The notes: generated by a model not told the origin, from the letters alone. Numbered from the stretch's first letter, positions 9,642-23,419 are shown. The stretch is 64,000 nt of DNA from Parcubacteria group bacterium Gr01-1014_31 (GCA_007376135.1 VMFR01000001.1:379016-443015); one strand, 5' to 3'. Program-made: numbers and translations.

Positions 9642-10955
9642 TCCGAATATTCCCGCGACGGCCAGCGCGAACAGCTGCGGCTGCACCGGCTGGCGGTAGC
9701 GCGCGTGCGACAACGGACTGGAAAGCAACGCGGTCAGCACAATGGCTGCCGCGAACAGGAAAGCAAATGTCCTGGCCGGCGGAGACAGACGACGGGCCGC
9801 AAAGGTTCCCGCCAGGGCCAGCAGCGTGATGACCGCGCCGAATACCATGCCGGCCAGATGCGCCAGGGAAGGCGCGTCGGTTCTGGTCAACGCCCCGACC
9901 ACGGTCCCCCACTGCCGACGCGTCAATGCCGTGGTAATATCGACCGGCCGTTCCCCGCTGGGTAATCCGACCGATTCGGCCACGTCCCGCCACCCCGACT
10001 GCAAAAAGAACGGGGTGGTTTTTATGATATACAGCGGCACATACGACCGCCACTCGGAAAGCAGGATCTCGCGCGCCCGGCGCCCGGCAAACGCATCCCG
10101 CACGCGTTCGTCGTTCGGCAGCGCTTCCCACTCGCGGATCAGTTCCCCGCGCACCTGCCCCGGCGTTTTTCCTTCGCGCAAGGCCTGGGCCTGGTTGGCG
10201 TGGAAAAAGAGCAGCAAAAAATTGCTCTGCATCGTCAATTTCCATAACCCGAACTGGCGTCCGTTGCGGACGATCCACGGGGACAGCAACCCGCCAATCA
10301 CGACCACCATGACCAGCGTGCCTACCAGCGCGCGCCGCAGATCAACCTTACCGTGCCCAAACAACCACCAGACCATCAGCAACCCCGCCAGATAGATGCC
10401 CGAAAAACGCACGTAGGTAGCCGCGGCAAGTGTTACCCCGCACCCCGCGAGCCACGGCCAGCCCCGAGTCCACGCGCGCACGTAACAGTAGAACGCCAGC
10501 ATCAAAAGGGTAACGAACAGCGTATCGCTCATCAAAAGATTTGCCTGCAGCACCGTAAACGGTTCCAGGCCATAGAGCAAAGATGACCAGAATGCGACGC
10601 GGCGTCCGAACACCGCATCCATCACAAGGAACGCGAGCGCAATGGTCGCCAGGGAAAGCAGCTGCTGGACCAGGGCGGTGAACCAAGGCGCCGCATTGGC
10701 CGCCATCGTTGCCGCCAGAAACAGCGGGTAACCGGGCAGGTGCAGCATCGTGGGCGTCGGCGGATCCCCGGGGTACTCGGAAAATACGCCGTACTGTCGC
10801 AGATTTTGCGCTGCGGTCAGATACAGCGGCGAGTCATTGGAGCGCAAAAAAACCGCGTCTCCCTGCGTGACGGCGGAAACGAACAGGGCGGCGCGCAGCG
10901 CGACGCCAAAGATCAGCACGATGAGCAGCGGGCGGGAAACGGCGGGCCACACCAT
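9573..10955 (-). CDS. GT-C fold membrane glycosyltransferase (PMT/ArnT-like)
   Basis: DSPLY in first loop, PGYPLFLA, LMSDTLF, PWIVRN, ARYR; about 11 TM segments. Confidence 0.78.
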   Translation of the reverse strand: MVWPAVSRPLLIVLIFGVALRAALFVSAVTQGDAVFLRSNDSPLYLTAAQNLRQYGVFSEYPGDPPTPTMLHLPGYPLFLAATMAANAAPWFTALVQQLLSLATIALAFLVMDAVFGRRVAFWSSLLYGLEPFTVLQANLLMSDTLFVTLLMLAFYCYVRAWTRGWPWLAGCGVTLAAATYVRFSGIYLAGLLMVWWLFGHGKVDLRRALVGTLVMVVVIGGLLSPWIVRNGRQFGLWKLTMQSNFLLLFFHANQAQALREGKTPGQVRGELIREWEALPNDERVRDAFAGRRAREILLSEWRSYVPLYIIKTTPFFLQSGWRDVAESVGLPSGERPVDITTALTRRQWGTVVGALTRTDAPSLAHLAGMVFGAVITLLALAGTFAARRLSPPARTFAFLFAAAIVLTALLSSPLSHARYRQPVQPQLFALAVAGIFGLAAAVGKHRADRAQHNAQVQSE

Positions 10956-10958
10956 AGA

Positions 10959-14318
<3,360 letters not shown>

Positions 14319-14319
14319 A

Positions 14320-15279
14320 TCAGACGCTGTGGCGCGGGCCGTTGAGCACCTCGCGCACGACGTACTTGGGCCGCCGCTTAACCTCTTCGAAAATGCGCCC
14401 CAGATACTCGCCAATGAATGACAGCGACAGGAGCTGCACGGTGCCGAAGAACAACACGAGCAGAATGATGGTACGGATGCCCCGCTGGCCGGCCGGCAGG
14501 TACCCAAAGATATAGCCGCCGAGGTAAAACAGGATCGCCAGCGACGTCACGGCGACTAAAATGCCGGAGAGCGTCGTGATCCATTCCAGCGGCGCATAGG
14601 AGAACGAGAACAGTCCTTTGCGCGCGGTGCGCAGGTACCCCAACATTGTGAACTTGGTCGTGCCGGCGGTCCGCTCGCCGCGATGGTACGGAATGCCCGT
14701 GTGCTTGAACCCCACCCAGGCGCGTAACCCCCGCACGAAGCGGTTGCGCTCGGGCATGGCGTTGATGACGTCCACCACCTTGCGGTCCATCAGGGAAAAT
14801 TCCGAAACGTCCAGCGGAATATCCAGGTACGACGTTGATTTCATCAAACGGTAGAACAGTTTGTACCCGGCACGCCGCAGCACGCTCCCCTGGCGGCGTT
14901 TCCGAATGCCGTAGACGATGTCGTAACCTTCCTGCCACTTGCGGACGAACTCGGGGATCATTTCCGGCGGGTCCTGCAGGTCGGCGTCGATCCACACCAC
15001 CGCGTCCCCCGTCGCATACTCGGTGCCCGCCGAATAGGTGTGGTCCGGGGAACCGAAATTCCGCGACAGCAGCACGACCACGACGTTCGGGTCGGCTTTG
15101 GCCAGCTCGCGGTAGACGGTTTCCGAACCGTCGGTGGAACCGTTGTCGGCAAAGACGATCTCGTAGCGGGTGCTGACCTGAGCGAGCACTTCGCGCAGCC
15201 GCTGGTAGGTGCGCCGCAAATTCTCCTGCTCGTTGTAGCAGGGCACGACGACGGATATCTTTTTGTCGGTCAGCGGCAT
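14320..15279 (-). CDS. Glycosyltransferase family 2 (GtrB/ArnC-like, two C-terminal TMs)
   Basis: [31 protein letters not shown]. Confidence 0.92.
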   Translation of the reverse strand: MPLTDKKISVVVPCYNEQENLRRTYQRLREVLAQVSTRYEIVFADNGSTDGSETVYRELAKADPNVVVVLLSRNFGSPDHTYSAGTEYATGDAVVWIDADLQDPPEMIPEFVRKWQEGYDIVYGIRKRRQGSVLRRAGYKLFYRLMKSTSYLDIPLDVSEFSLMDRKVVDVINAMPERNRFVRGLRAWVGFKHTGIPYHRGERTAGTTKFTMLGYLRTARKGLFSFSYAPLEWITTLSGILVAVTSLAILFYLGGYIFGYLPAGQRGIRTIILLVLFFGTVQLLSLSFIGEYLGRIFEEVKRRPKYVVREVLNGPRHSV

Positions 15280-15282
15280 AGA

Positions 15283-16587
15283 TTATGGGTAACGGGAAAA
15301 GAATTCCTTGAACACGGAGATCTCATAATCCATTTCCTCGTCGCCCAGGCCATGGAAACAGCCAACCCAGAAGGAGTTGCGCATGATGGCGTCGGTGTTG
15401 TCCAGACTTTCCGCGATGCGGTGCGGCACGCCGTAGGTTTGCAGGTAGGGCTGCTTGGCAAGGTTGCCCGCGAGGATGAGGCGCGTCACCACCTTGCGCG
15501 ATTCCAAGTAGTTGACCAATTCTTCGCGCGTGAAGGGTGAGCCCGGCTTGACCGTCAGATAAAAACCAAACCAGCTGGGAACCGTATTGGCGGGCGCTTC
15601 GGGCAGCTGCAGAAATTTCGTGAACGGTAGCAATCCCGCGTGCAAACGCCCGGCGTTGCGGCGCCGTTGCGCGGTGAACTCGGGCAATTTCTTGAACTGG
15701 GTGATGCCGGCGGCGATCTGGATGTCGGTAATTTTCAAGTTATACCCGATCTCGGTGAAGATGTACTTGTGGTCGTAGCCGGCCGGCATCTGCCCGAACT
15801 GGAAGGCAAAGCGCCTGCGGCACACATTGTCCTCGCCGGTGCGGCACCAGCAGTCGCGGCCCCAATCGCGGAAACGGCGCACCAGCTGCGCGAGTTCCTT
15901 GGTCTTGGCGACCACCGCTCCCCCCTCGCCCATGGTCATGTGGTGGCCGGCGTAGAAACTGAACGTCGCCAGGTCGCCGAAACTGCCGACCGGCTTGCCC
16001 GCGACCGTGCTGCCAATGGCGTCGCAACAGTCCTCTACCAGCCACAGCTTGTGCTGGTCGCAGAACGCGCGCACGGCGGGCGCATCGAACGGCACGCCCA
16101 AACTGTGCGGCATGAAGACCGCCTTTGTTTTGGGTGAATAGGCCTGGCGCAGTCGCTCCACGGTCGTGTTCATCGTCGCCAATTCTACGTCCACGAATAC
16201 CGGTATGGCGCCGTACAGGATAAGCGGATTGATGGTCGTCGGAAATCCGGCGGCAATGGTGATGACCTCGTCGCCGGGTTTCAGCCGCCGTTCGCCCAGC
16301 TTTTCCGACGTCAGCGCAGCTGTGGCTAAAAGGTTGGCGGAACTTCCCGACGTGGTCGTGATGCAGCTGGCAGCGCTAAAGTGCACGGCAAACATTTTTT
16401 CAAACACGGTGGCGTTCTTGCCTTCGGTCCACCAGCCTTCCAGCACCGCCTCAACCATGGCCGCCATATCGTCGGCGTCAATGCGCTTGCCCGACGCGGA
16501 AACCGGCGTCTCACCGGGGATGAATTTCTTGGCGCCGTAATTTTTACGGTAGTGTTCGTCGATGTACTGGCGCAACTGGTCGTCCAT
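15283..16587 (-). CDS. rfbH: CDP-4-keto-6-deoxyglucose 3-dehydrase (E1, RfbH/DdhC)
   Basis: His in place of PLP Lys (SFYAGHHMTMGEGG), Cys cluster RDWGRDCWC...C, GYDHKY. Confidence 0.9.
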   Translation of the reverse strand: MDDQLRQYIDEHYRKNYGAKKFIPGETPVSASGKRIDADDMAAMVEAVLEGWWTEGKNATVFEKMFAVHFSAASCITTTSGSSANLLATAALTSEKLGERRLKPGDEVITIAAGFPTTINPLILYGAIPVFVDVELATMNTTVERLRQAYSPKTKAVFMPHSLGVPFDAPAVRAFCDQHKLWLVEDCCDAIGSTVAGKPVGSFGDLATFSFYAGHHMTMGEGGAVVAKTKELAQLVRRFRDWGRDCWCRTGEDNVCRRRFAFQFGQMPAGYDHKYIFTEIGYNLKITDIQIAAGITQFKKLPEFTAQRRRNAGRLHAGLLPFTKFLQLPEAPANTVPSWFGFYLTVKPGSPFTREELVNYLESRKVVTRLILAGNLAKQPYLQTYGVPHRIAESLDNTDAIMRNSFWVGCFHGLGDEEMDYEISVFKEFFSRYP

Positions 16588-16590
16588 ACG

Positions 16591-16619
16591 TTGACAAAAA
16601 CTGAAAAAAATGATACTGT
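16591..16619 (+). promoter_or_regulatory. Sigma70 promoter for HAD/Nudix cassette
   Basis: TTGACA-N17-TACTGT with TG extension. Confidence 0.6.
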
Positions 16620-16655
16620 CCTGCCTTACGTTCTTTTGCCGCGCGTCGTTGATTT

Positions 16656-16684
16656 AGTGTAAACTACGCGCAATTTTTTGACAA
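16656..16684 (-). promoter_or_regulatory. Sigma70 promoter for rfbH operon segment
   Basis: Minus strand TTGTCA-N17-TACACT. Confidence 0.55.
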
Positions 16685-16709
16685 CCAACCCCCAACAAGG
16701 AGGTTCCGC

Positions 16710-17453
16710 TTGGGAAAAACAAAGATTCGCGCAGTCTTTTCCGACCTGGGCAATGTGGTGCTGCGATTCTGCCCTCGCAACGAACGCCTGTGGCAATTAG
16801 CGCAGCTCGCCAACCCCGGCCGGTTCGGCCAGCCGGGGACCCTCTCCCTCTGTTCCCTGGAGCGGGCTGCCTTCAACGCGTCGCTTCAACAGTCGGAAAT
16901 CCTGGACTTCTCCCGTCCGGGCGAGGACGCAGCCTGGCGGATGGACGTCGGCCAGGTCTCGCACGGAGAATTCTACCGCGCGTTCCTCGCGGCCGTGGGC
17001 TGCAGCGAAGGCGACTTTCCGCCGGCACGCTTCTGGATGGCCTATTCGGCCGACCTGGTGGCCGTCCACCCGGTCGCCAACCTGCTGCGGCAGCTCCAAC
17101 ACCGCGGGACGAAGATCATCGCGGCCACCAACACTGAGATGTGGCCGACCGACCTGGTGTGGCGCCAGACCGGACTGCGCTTCGATGGCGAAGTCTACTC
17201 CTGGCGCGTCGGGCACAAGAAGCCCCGCCGCGAGTTTTACGAAGCGTGCCGGGCAACGGCGCGCGAGGCACTCTCCGAGCCGACGCTGGATTATCCGGCC
17301 TGCGTGCTCATCGACGATATCGCCGCCAACTGCGACAGCATCCGGCGCCTCGGCGGCCACGCCATCCGGTTCAAGGCCAGCGCCTGCCCACTAACGCTGG
17401 CCTGGCAGCTGCAAAAGCTGCGGCAGCAACTCTCCGAACTCAAGCTGCTATGA
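16710..17453 (+). CDS. HAD-superfamily hydrolase (YihX-like sugar-phosphate phosphatase)
   Basis: FSDLGNVV motif I, KKP motif III, LIDD motif IV; TTG start with AGGAGG SD. Confidence 0.72.
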   Translation: MGKTKIRAVFSDLGNVVLRFCPRNERLWQLAQLANPGRFGQPGTLSLCSLERAAFNASLQQSEILDFSRPGEDAAWRMDVGQVSHGEFYRAFLAAVGCSEGDFPPARFWMAYSADLVAVHPVANLLRQLQHRGTKIIAATNTEMWPTDLVWRQTGLRFDGEVYSWRVGHKKPRREFYEACRATAREALSEPTLDYPACVLIDDIAANCDSIRRLGGHAIRFKASACPLTLAWQLQKLRQQLSELKLL

Positions 17454-17506
17454 GCAGCCGGCGTTTCACCGATGTGAACACCAACCCCAAAGAAGGAGGA
17501 TGAACC

Positions 17507-18058
17507 TTGAACGCGAACGACAAAACAGAGCTCCTGCGACTGTTCGGCATCCTGGTGGACGAACGGCGGCAGGGCATCCCGATGGACGGCCAAGTCTGGG
17601 AGGCAAGCCTCCAGATCTTCCCGCAGGTGGCCATCGAAACGGTCTTCCTGCGCCGCGTCGACGATGGCACTGCCGGCGGCACCATCGAGGTACTGCTCAC
17701 CAAACGGCCGCCCGACGACCGGTGGTTCGCCAACCAGGTGCATTCGCCCGGCAGCATCAACCGCGCCCGCGAGCGTACCGACGTCACCATCGCGCGGGTG
17801 GTCAAACGGGAGCTGGGCGGTTCCGCCAAGCTGATCTCAGCGCGGCAGGTAGCAGCGCTGAACTTTTGGGACGAGCCGCGCGGCTGTGGCTGGAGCGTGG
17901 TGTACTGCTGCGAGGTGGAAGGCGACCCGACCAACGGGACGTGGTACCCCATCACGCAGCTGCCGGAAAACCTCATCTACGGCCACTTCAACGTCATCAT
18001 GGTGGCCGCCTCCGTGCTCCTTGCCGAACCCCGCCCGTTCGGAAAGTGGTCGTGGTGA
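17507..18058 (+). CDS. Nudix-fold hydrolase
   Basis: EVLLTKR, HSPGS, ARVVKRELG (degenerate Nudix box); TTG start with AAGGAGG SD. Confidence 0.68.
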   Translation: MNANDKTELLRLFGILVDERRQGIPMDGQVWEASLQIFPQVAIETVFLRRVDDGTAGGTIEVLLTKRPPDDRWFANQVHSPGSINRARERTDVTIARVVKRELGGSAKLISARQVAALNFWDEPRGCGWSVVYCCEVEGDPTNGTWYPITQLPENLIYGHFNVIMVAASVLLAEPRPFGKWSW

Positions 18059-18105
18059 ACGGCCGCTGAACAACCACTGCTCTTCCCTCTCCCCCGCATT
18101 CCGGC

Positions 18106-18138
18106 GACAGGCCCAGATCCCTTGGCCTGTCTTTTTTT
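18106..18138 (+). terminator. Intrinsic terminator
   Basis: gacaggcc/ggcctgtc stem followed by T7. Confidence 0.7.
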
Positions 18139-18166
18139 ACCCCTGCGGCTCGTGTACAATGCCAGC

Positions 18167-18655
18167 ATGCAACCGAATGACGAGCAGGTCCTGTTGCGAC
18201 TGCTAAAAAAACTTGCTGTCGCACAGCGGCAACGGCGGCCAATGCCGCCGGCAGTATTTGACGCGCTCCTCAAAGTCGTTCCGTTGGTCACCGTGGAAAC
18301 CGTCATTACTCGCACCGTGAAAGGAAAAACGCAGGTGCTGCTGACCCGCCGCTCAAAAAATGAAACCCGCTACCCGGGCATCTGGCACGTGCCCGGTTCG
18401 TTCCTGCGGAACCTCGAGCAGACCAAGGACGTACTTTCTCGCATCGCAAAAAAAGAACTTGGAGTACCCAAGTTCACCGAAGCAAAATTCGTCACCTGGC
18501 TGAACGTCTACGACTGTCCTGTCGGACATTTCGTGTCCATCTTCTACCGTTGCGAGCTGGGAAAAGCTACCACGCGGGGCCGGTGGTTCTCGCCAACGAA
18601 ACTGCCGGCCGGTGTCCTTGCTTACCACCGCGACATCGTCGCGGCCGTTGCCTAG
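18167..18655 (+). CDS. Nudix hydrolase, GDP-mannose mannosyl hydrolase-like
   Basis: VFDALLKVVPLVTVETVI, WHVPGSFL, RIAKKELG resemble Gmm/WcaH; TACAAT 6 nt before ATG (leaderless). Confidence 0.7.
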   Translation: MQPNDEQVLLRLLKKLAVAQRQRRPMPPAVFDALLKVVPLVTVETVITRTVKGKTQVLLTRRSKNETRYPGIWHVPGSFLRNLEQTKDVLSRIAKKELGVPKFTEAKFVTWLNVYDCPVGHFVSIFYRCELGKATTRGRWFSPTKLPAGVLAYHRDIVAAVA

Positions 18656-19626
18656 GGTTCCAGCCGCCGCCCAATGGTCGCCGCAGGAAGTTGGCGGTCG
18701 TCGTTCAGGATCTCCCGCACAATGAACCGCGGACGGGCTTTCACTTCCACGAACATCCGCCGCAGGTACTCGCCGATGATGGCAATGCCCAGCAGCTGCA
18801 CGCCGCCCAAAAACAGCATTAAAAGCACGATGGTGGGCACGCCGCGCGGCGCGTCGGGATTGATGAAGTAGGCGACCAGGTACGCGATGATGAGCAAGGC
18901 GGAACCCGCCACCACTGTCAGCGCGATCTTGGACAGCCACTCCAAGGGCTTGAAAGAAAAATTGATGATGAGGGTGAGCGCCCAGTAGAGGTCTTTGAGC
19001 CAGTTGGTATCCGATACACCGGCCTCGCGATTTTTGCGCTCGTACGGCACGCCGGCCTGGCGGAATCCCACGTACGCGCGCATGCCGCGGATATACAGGT
19101 CGCGTTCGGTGACGTACGCGACCGCATCAATTGCCTTGCGGTCCAACAGCGAGAAATCACCGGCATCCAGCGGAATGGTGATGTAGGCCAATCGTTTGAA
19201 CAGCCGATAGAACGCCTTGTAGGACAGCCGGCGCAGCCATGTGCCCTGGCGGCGCACCCGCACGCCGTAGACGACCTCAAAACCCTGGCGCCATTTTTCC
19301 ACCAGCTGCGGGATGAGCTCGGGCGGGTCCTGTAGGTCGGCGTCTAAGAGCACCGCACAGTCGCCGTTGCAGTATTGCAGCCCGGCCAAGTACGACGGTT
19401 GCGGCGAACCGCCATTGCGTGCCATTAGGATGACGCGCACACGCGAGTCGGCCGCGATCAGCTCGCGGTAGATTGTCTCCGAGGTATCGGTGGACGCGTT
19501 GTCCACGTAGATGAGTTCGTACGGCATCCCCAATTGCCGCAACACCGCGCTGACGCGTTCATAGTTGCGCTTGAGGTTTGGCGCTTCGTTGTAGCAGGGA
19601 ATGATGGCCGAGATCTTTTTCTCCAT
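18652..19626 (-). CDS. Glycosyltransferase family 2 (GtrB-like)
   Basis: [26 protein letters not shown]; paralogue of 14320..15279. Confidence 0.92.
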   Translation of the reverse strand: MEKKISAIIPCYNEAPNLKRNYERVSAVLRQLGMPYELIYVDNASTDTSETIYRELIAADSRVRVILMARNGGSPQPSYLAGLQYCNGDCAVLLDADLQDPPELIPQLVEKWRQGFEVVYGVRVRRQGTWLRRLSYKAFYRLFKRLAYITIPLDAGDFSLLDRKAIDAVAYVTERDLYIRGMRAYVGFRQAGVPYERKNREAGVSDTNWLKDLYWALTLIINFSFKPLEWLSKIALTVVAGSALLIIAYLVAYFINPDAPRGVPTIVLLMLFLGGVQLLGIAIIGEYLRRMFVEVKARPRFIVREILNDDRQLPAATIGRRLEP

Positions 19627-19632
19627 ACACCG

Positions 19633-20334
19633 TTATTTAGGAGGCTGGCGCAGCCCACCCAGCCGGGCCAGCCGGGGGCAACGCATCACCGTATAGGAAC
19701 GGTCGCTGTCCTGGCCGGGAGTTTGTCGTTCCTCCACCCAGCGCAGCGTGCCGTCCGGCAGCGTCTTTTTATATAAAGGAATAACTCCGGTCGGCGTGAA
19801 TCCTGTGCGCTCGTACAAACGGATGGCGCGCGGATTGTCGGTCATCACCTTCAAACGCAACTCATGCAAATCCAGTGCGGTGAACGCCCAATCCATCAGT
19901 GTTTGCACCGCTGGGGTCATCGCGCCCGGCAGGAGGTCGGCGCGGCCGCGCAGGATGCTGTCGATCTCGCAGTGCCGTTCGGCAAAGTTGCAGCGGAACA
20001 ACCCCAAATGTCCGACGTACTCCCCCGCCGGAGTCTGCAGCCACGCCAGCAGCCGGTCGGGAGCCTGCAACACCGCGTTGCGCAGCCAACGCGTCGTGCC
20101 TTCTACCGTAATTTCAAAACGTTCCGGATACCAACGCTGATTTTCCTGGCGCCAGCGCGCCAGGTATTCCACGTGCGCCGGGTCATCCAGCGACGCGGCA
20201 GTGACCGGCGAAATTTCGGCAACTCGAACGCCTGACATGACGACCGGCAACGGAGCACCCCCGAACGCCGCCAAATCACCGCGCTTCAAGGCGGAGAACA
20301 CCCCCGTGACGTACTGTTCGTACGTCGCTGCCAT
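19633..20334 (-). CDS. GNAT N-acetyltransferase (RimJ/PseH-like)
   Basis: LKVMTDNPRAIRLYERTGF motif; start placed at MAATYEQ. Confidence 0.82.
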   Translation of the reverse strand: MAATYEQYVTGVFSALKRGDLAAFGGAPLPVVMSGVRVAEISPVTAASLDDPAHVEYLARWRQENQRWYPERFEITVEGTTRWLRNAVLQAPDRLLAWLQTPAGEYVGHLGLFRCNFAERHCEIDSILRGRADLLPGAMTPAVQTLMDWAFTALDLHELRLKVMTDNPRAIRLYERTGFTPTGVIPLYKKTLPDGTLRWVEERQTPGQDSDRSYTVMRCPRLARLGGLRQPPK

Positions 20335-20344
20335 AGCGATTGCG

Positions 20345-21373
20345 TTACCCGCCCGCACGGCTGCCGTGCCGGGCCAGGTAATCATCATACCACGCGATCG
20401 TCCGCTTGAGGCCCTCCTCCAGCGTGATTCCCGGCGTCCAACCCAATACCTGGCGCGCCTTCTCCGAAGACAGGTACTGCGCGGGAATTTCGTTGGTCGC
20501 CGTATTGAGGATGCGCGGCGGCAGGGGTTTCCCCATCAATTCGGTTATCTTTGCCACCAGCTGCAGCACGGTCTGCGGCTCGCCGCTGGCGAAGTTGAAT
20601 GCCTGTCCTTCCAGGCGCTTTTCGCGCAAATGTTGGGCCAGCGTCAGATAGGCGTTCGCCACGTCTTCAATGTAGAAATAATCGCGGACCAATTGGCCGT
20701 TGCTCCTGACGATCGGGTGCTCATCATGCCACAGCGACTGGATGGTGCCCGGCACGATGCGGTTGAAGTTCAGGTCGCCGCCGCCGAAAAAGTTGCCGCA
20801 GCGGACGATGCCGACCGGCAACCGATAGGTATGCCAATAGCTCTGCGTGATAAGGTCGACGCAGCTTTTGCTCACGTCGTAGGGATAGCGGCCGACCAGC
20901 GGCGTGTCCTCGGTGTAGGGAAGCTGGTCCTGGTTGCCGTAGGCCTTGTCGGACGACGCGACCAGCACCCGCTGCACGTGCGGGTTGCGCCGCGCGGATT
21001 CCAGCAGGTTCCAGGTGCCGCGGATGTTAGATTCCAGCGTGGAGAGCGGATTACGGTTGGCAATGCCGACGATCGCCTGCGCGCCAAGATGGAACACCGT
21101 ATCGATCTCGTGTTCGTTGAGCACGCGTTCCAGCAGGTCGCGGTCCAAAAGGTCGCCAAAGACCTGCGCCACGTGCGGCAGATACCCGCAGGTGTACAGG
21201 TGCGAACGCGGAGGAATATCGCGCACCAGCACCGTGACATTGGCGCCGCAGTCCACCAGCTGCTTGATCAGCCAGGGTCCCAGCAGCCCGGTCGGACCGG
21301 TAACAAAAACGCGGCGGTCATACCAAAAACCGCGCGCTGCTGCTGGATTGCTGTCCGTCAATGGAGTGCTCAT
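20345..21373 (-). CDS. rfbG: CDP-glucose 4,6-dehydratase-like NAD-dependent epimerase/dehydratase
   Basis: FWYDRRVFVTG, FHLGAQAIV, SSDKAY, YDVSK, RCGNFFGGGD; lies near rfbF and rfbH. Confidence 0.72.
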   Translation of the reverse strand: MSTPLTDSNPAAARGFWYDRRVFVTGPTGLLGPWLIKQLVDCGANVTVLVRDIPPRSHLYTCGYLPHVAQVFGDLLDRDLLERVLNEHEIDTVFHLGAQAIVGIANRNPLSTLESNIRGTWNLLESARRNPHVQRVLVASSDKAYGNQDQLPYTEDTPLVGRYPYDVSKSCVDLITQSYWHTYRLPVGIVRCGNFFGGGDLNFNRIVPGTIQSLWHDEHPIVRSNGQLVRDYFYIEDVANAYLTLAQHLREKRLEGQAFNFASGEPQTVLQLVAKITELMGKPLPPRILNTATNEIPAQYLSSEKARQVLGWTPGITLEEGLKRTIAWYDDYLARHGSRAGG

Positions 21374-21450
21374 GCGATGAAAAAATCCCTTGAAAGCCGG
21401 GGTTTACCGTACAAAATTTTCCGTCAGATGTCAACTCTCCGGCCGGCCAG

Positions 21451-22617
21451 CTACCCCGCGCCGAACGCCCGCTGCAGGCGCGAAATTCCCTCCCGGCAAT
21501 TGGCCAGACTGGTTGCGAAACACAACCGCACGTACCCTTCGCCGGCCGGACCGAAGGCGGTACCCGGCAGCAGGGCGACATTGGCGCGCTGCAACGCCGC
21601 TGCAGTGAACTCCGCCGAGGTCATACCTGTGCCAGTAATGTTGGGAAACGCGTAGAGCGCCCCCGCCGGCTTCACGCAAGTAACGCCGGGCAATATACCC
21701 AGCCCCGCCGCGATAACATCCCGCCGCTGACGGTATTCGGCGACTTGACCGGCCACCCATTTACTCCCCTGCTGGAGGGCAACCGCGCCGGCTTCCTGAA
21801 TGAACGGTGGCACGGTGGAAATGAGCATTTGCAGCAGCTGCCCGACTTTTTGCATCAGCGGTGATGGGCCGATCCCCCACCCCAGACGCCAGCCGGTCAT
21901 CGCGTAGGTCTTGGAAAAACTGCGGATGATGATGGAGGACAACTGGCAGCGGTCGATGGCCGCGGGGCTGGAAAATGGCGTATCGTAACACAGTTGCGCG
22001 TAGGTCTCATCGGACAATAAATAAATGCCGCGCTGCGTGCACAGCTCCGAAAGTGCGCGGATCTCGTTGGCAGACATCACCGCGCCGGTGGGGTTACCGG
22101 GGGAGTTGATGATTACCAGGCGCGTTTTGCCGGTGCAGACGGCCGCTACGTCGCGCGGGTCCAAGCGAAAACCATTTTCCTCGCGCGCGGCAACGGGCAC
22201 CGGACGCACCGACTGAAACTCGCACACCGAGGCGTACGTGGGGTACGCCGGCTCCGGAATAATGACCTCGTCGCCGGGGTTGGCAACGCACCGGATGACC
22301 GTGTACAAAAAAGAAACCGCCGGAGCGATGACGATCTGCTCCCGCGCAGGATGAAAACCAAGTTCGCTTTTGGTCGCCGCGGCGATCGCCTGGGGCAGAT
22401 TGCCGCTGCCCGTGTAGTGCGTCTCGCCCCGCCGCAGCGCGTCAACCGCGGCGTCTACGATGAGCGGCGGCGTCACCGCGTCGGGCTCGCCCAATTCAAA
22501 ATGGATAATGGAACGCCCGGCCGCTTCCAGCTTCTTCACCTGGTCATGGAACGCGAACGTCGCGCGGGACCTCAGACTGCCGGCAGCAGCCGAAAGCGGC
22601 GGCATAGGAATCAACAC
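21451..22617 (-). CDS. PLP-dependent aminotransferase class I/II (aspartate aminotransferase-like)
   Basis: GEPD, NSPGNPTG, SDETY, SFSKTYAMTGWRLG, GEGYVRL. Confidence 0.9.
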   Translation of the reverse strand: MLIPMPPLSAAAGSLRSRATFAFHDQVKKLEAAGRSIIHFELGEPDAVTPPLIVDAAVDALRRGETHYTGSGNLPQAIAAATKSELGFHPAREQIVIAPAVSFLYTVIRCVANPGDEVIIPEPAYPTYASVCEFQSVRPVPVAAREENGFRLDPRDVAAVCTGKTRLVIINSPGNPTGAVMSANEIRALSELCTQRGIYLLSDETYAQLCYDTPFSSPAAIDRCQLSSIIIRSFSKTYAMTGWRLGWGIGPSPLMQKVGQLLQMLISTVPPFIQEAGAVALQQGSKWVAGQVAEYRQRRDVIAAGLGILPGVTCVKPAGALYAFPNITGTGMTSAEFTAAALQRANVALLPGTAFGPAGEGYVRLCFATSLANCREGISRLQRAFGAG

Positions 22618-22621
22618 GGTA

Positions 22622-23419
22622 CTACTTTGCCCCCGCGTCCCACGATACCCACGGCCGGACGCCGCGGTCCCACATTTTGTTCAACTCCTCGTAGTGAAGG
22701 TACGTATCCATGGCATAGAAAAAGCCTTCGTGCTTGTAGACCGCCAGCTGCCGTTCAGCGGCCAACTGCCGCAACGGCTGCTGCTCCAGGATGCAGTTGC
22801 CGTCCGGGGACAGGTAGCGAAAGATGCCGCGGTTGAAGACAGCAAATCCCCCATTGACGTAGCCTTCCAGCTGCGGTTTCTCGCTGAAACTGGTCACCAG
22901 GTTGCCGTCTATTTCCAGGATGCCGAACCGCGAATTCGGATGCACGCCGCTCAAGGTGGCGATCTTTCCCTGCTGACGGTGAAATTCCACGACCTTGGGG
23001 ATGTTGACGTCCGAGACCCCGTCGCCGTAGGTCATGAGGAACGTCTCGTCATTGCCCAGGTACGGCTCGATACGGGCGATGCGCGAGCCCGTCAGCGTCT
23101 CCTGCCCGGTATCCACGAACGTAATGGTCCAATCCTCCAGCATCGCGGGCTTGTGAAAGCTGACGCGCTCACGCCCGTCCCCGCGCAGTTTCACCGTCAC
23201 GTCGTTGACCATTTCCTCGAATTTGAGGAAATAGTCGCGGATCATGTCGCCCTTGTAGCCCAAGCAGAGGACGAAATCCTTGTACCCGTACTGCGAGTAG
23301 AGCTTCATAATATGCCACAAAATGGGCCGGCCGCCGACCGACACCAAAGGCTTGGGCTTGTATTCGGTTTCCTCGCGCAGGCGGGTGCCCTTGCCGCCGC
23401 ATAACAAGACGACTTTCAT
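22622..23419 (-). CDS. rfbF: Glucose-1-phosphate cytidylyltransferase
   Basis: LCGGKGTRLREETEYKPKP, LGYKG, VDTG, TYGDGVSD, GFFYAMDT. Confidence 0.94.
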   Translation of the reverse strand: MKVVLLCGGKGTRLREETEYKPKPLVSVGGRPILWHIMKLYSQYGYKDFVLCLGYKGDMIRDYFLKFEEMVNDVTVKLRGDGRERVSFHKPAMLEDWTITFVDTGQETLTGSRIARIEPYLGNDETFLMTYGDGVSDVNIPKVVEFHRQQGKIATLSGVHPNSRFGILEIDGNLVTSFSEKPQLEGYVNGGFAVFNRGIFRYLSPDGNCILEQQPLRQLAAERQLAVYKHEGFFYAMDTYLHYEELNKMWDRGVRPWVSWDAGAK

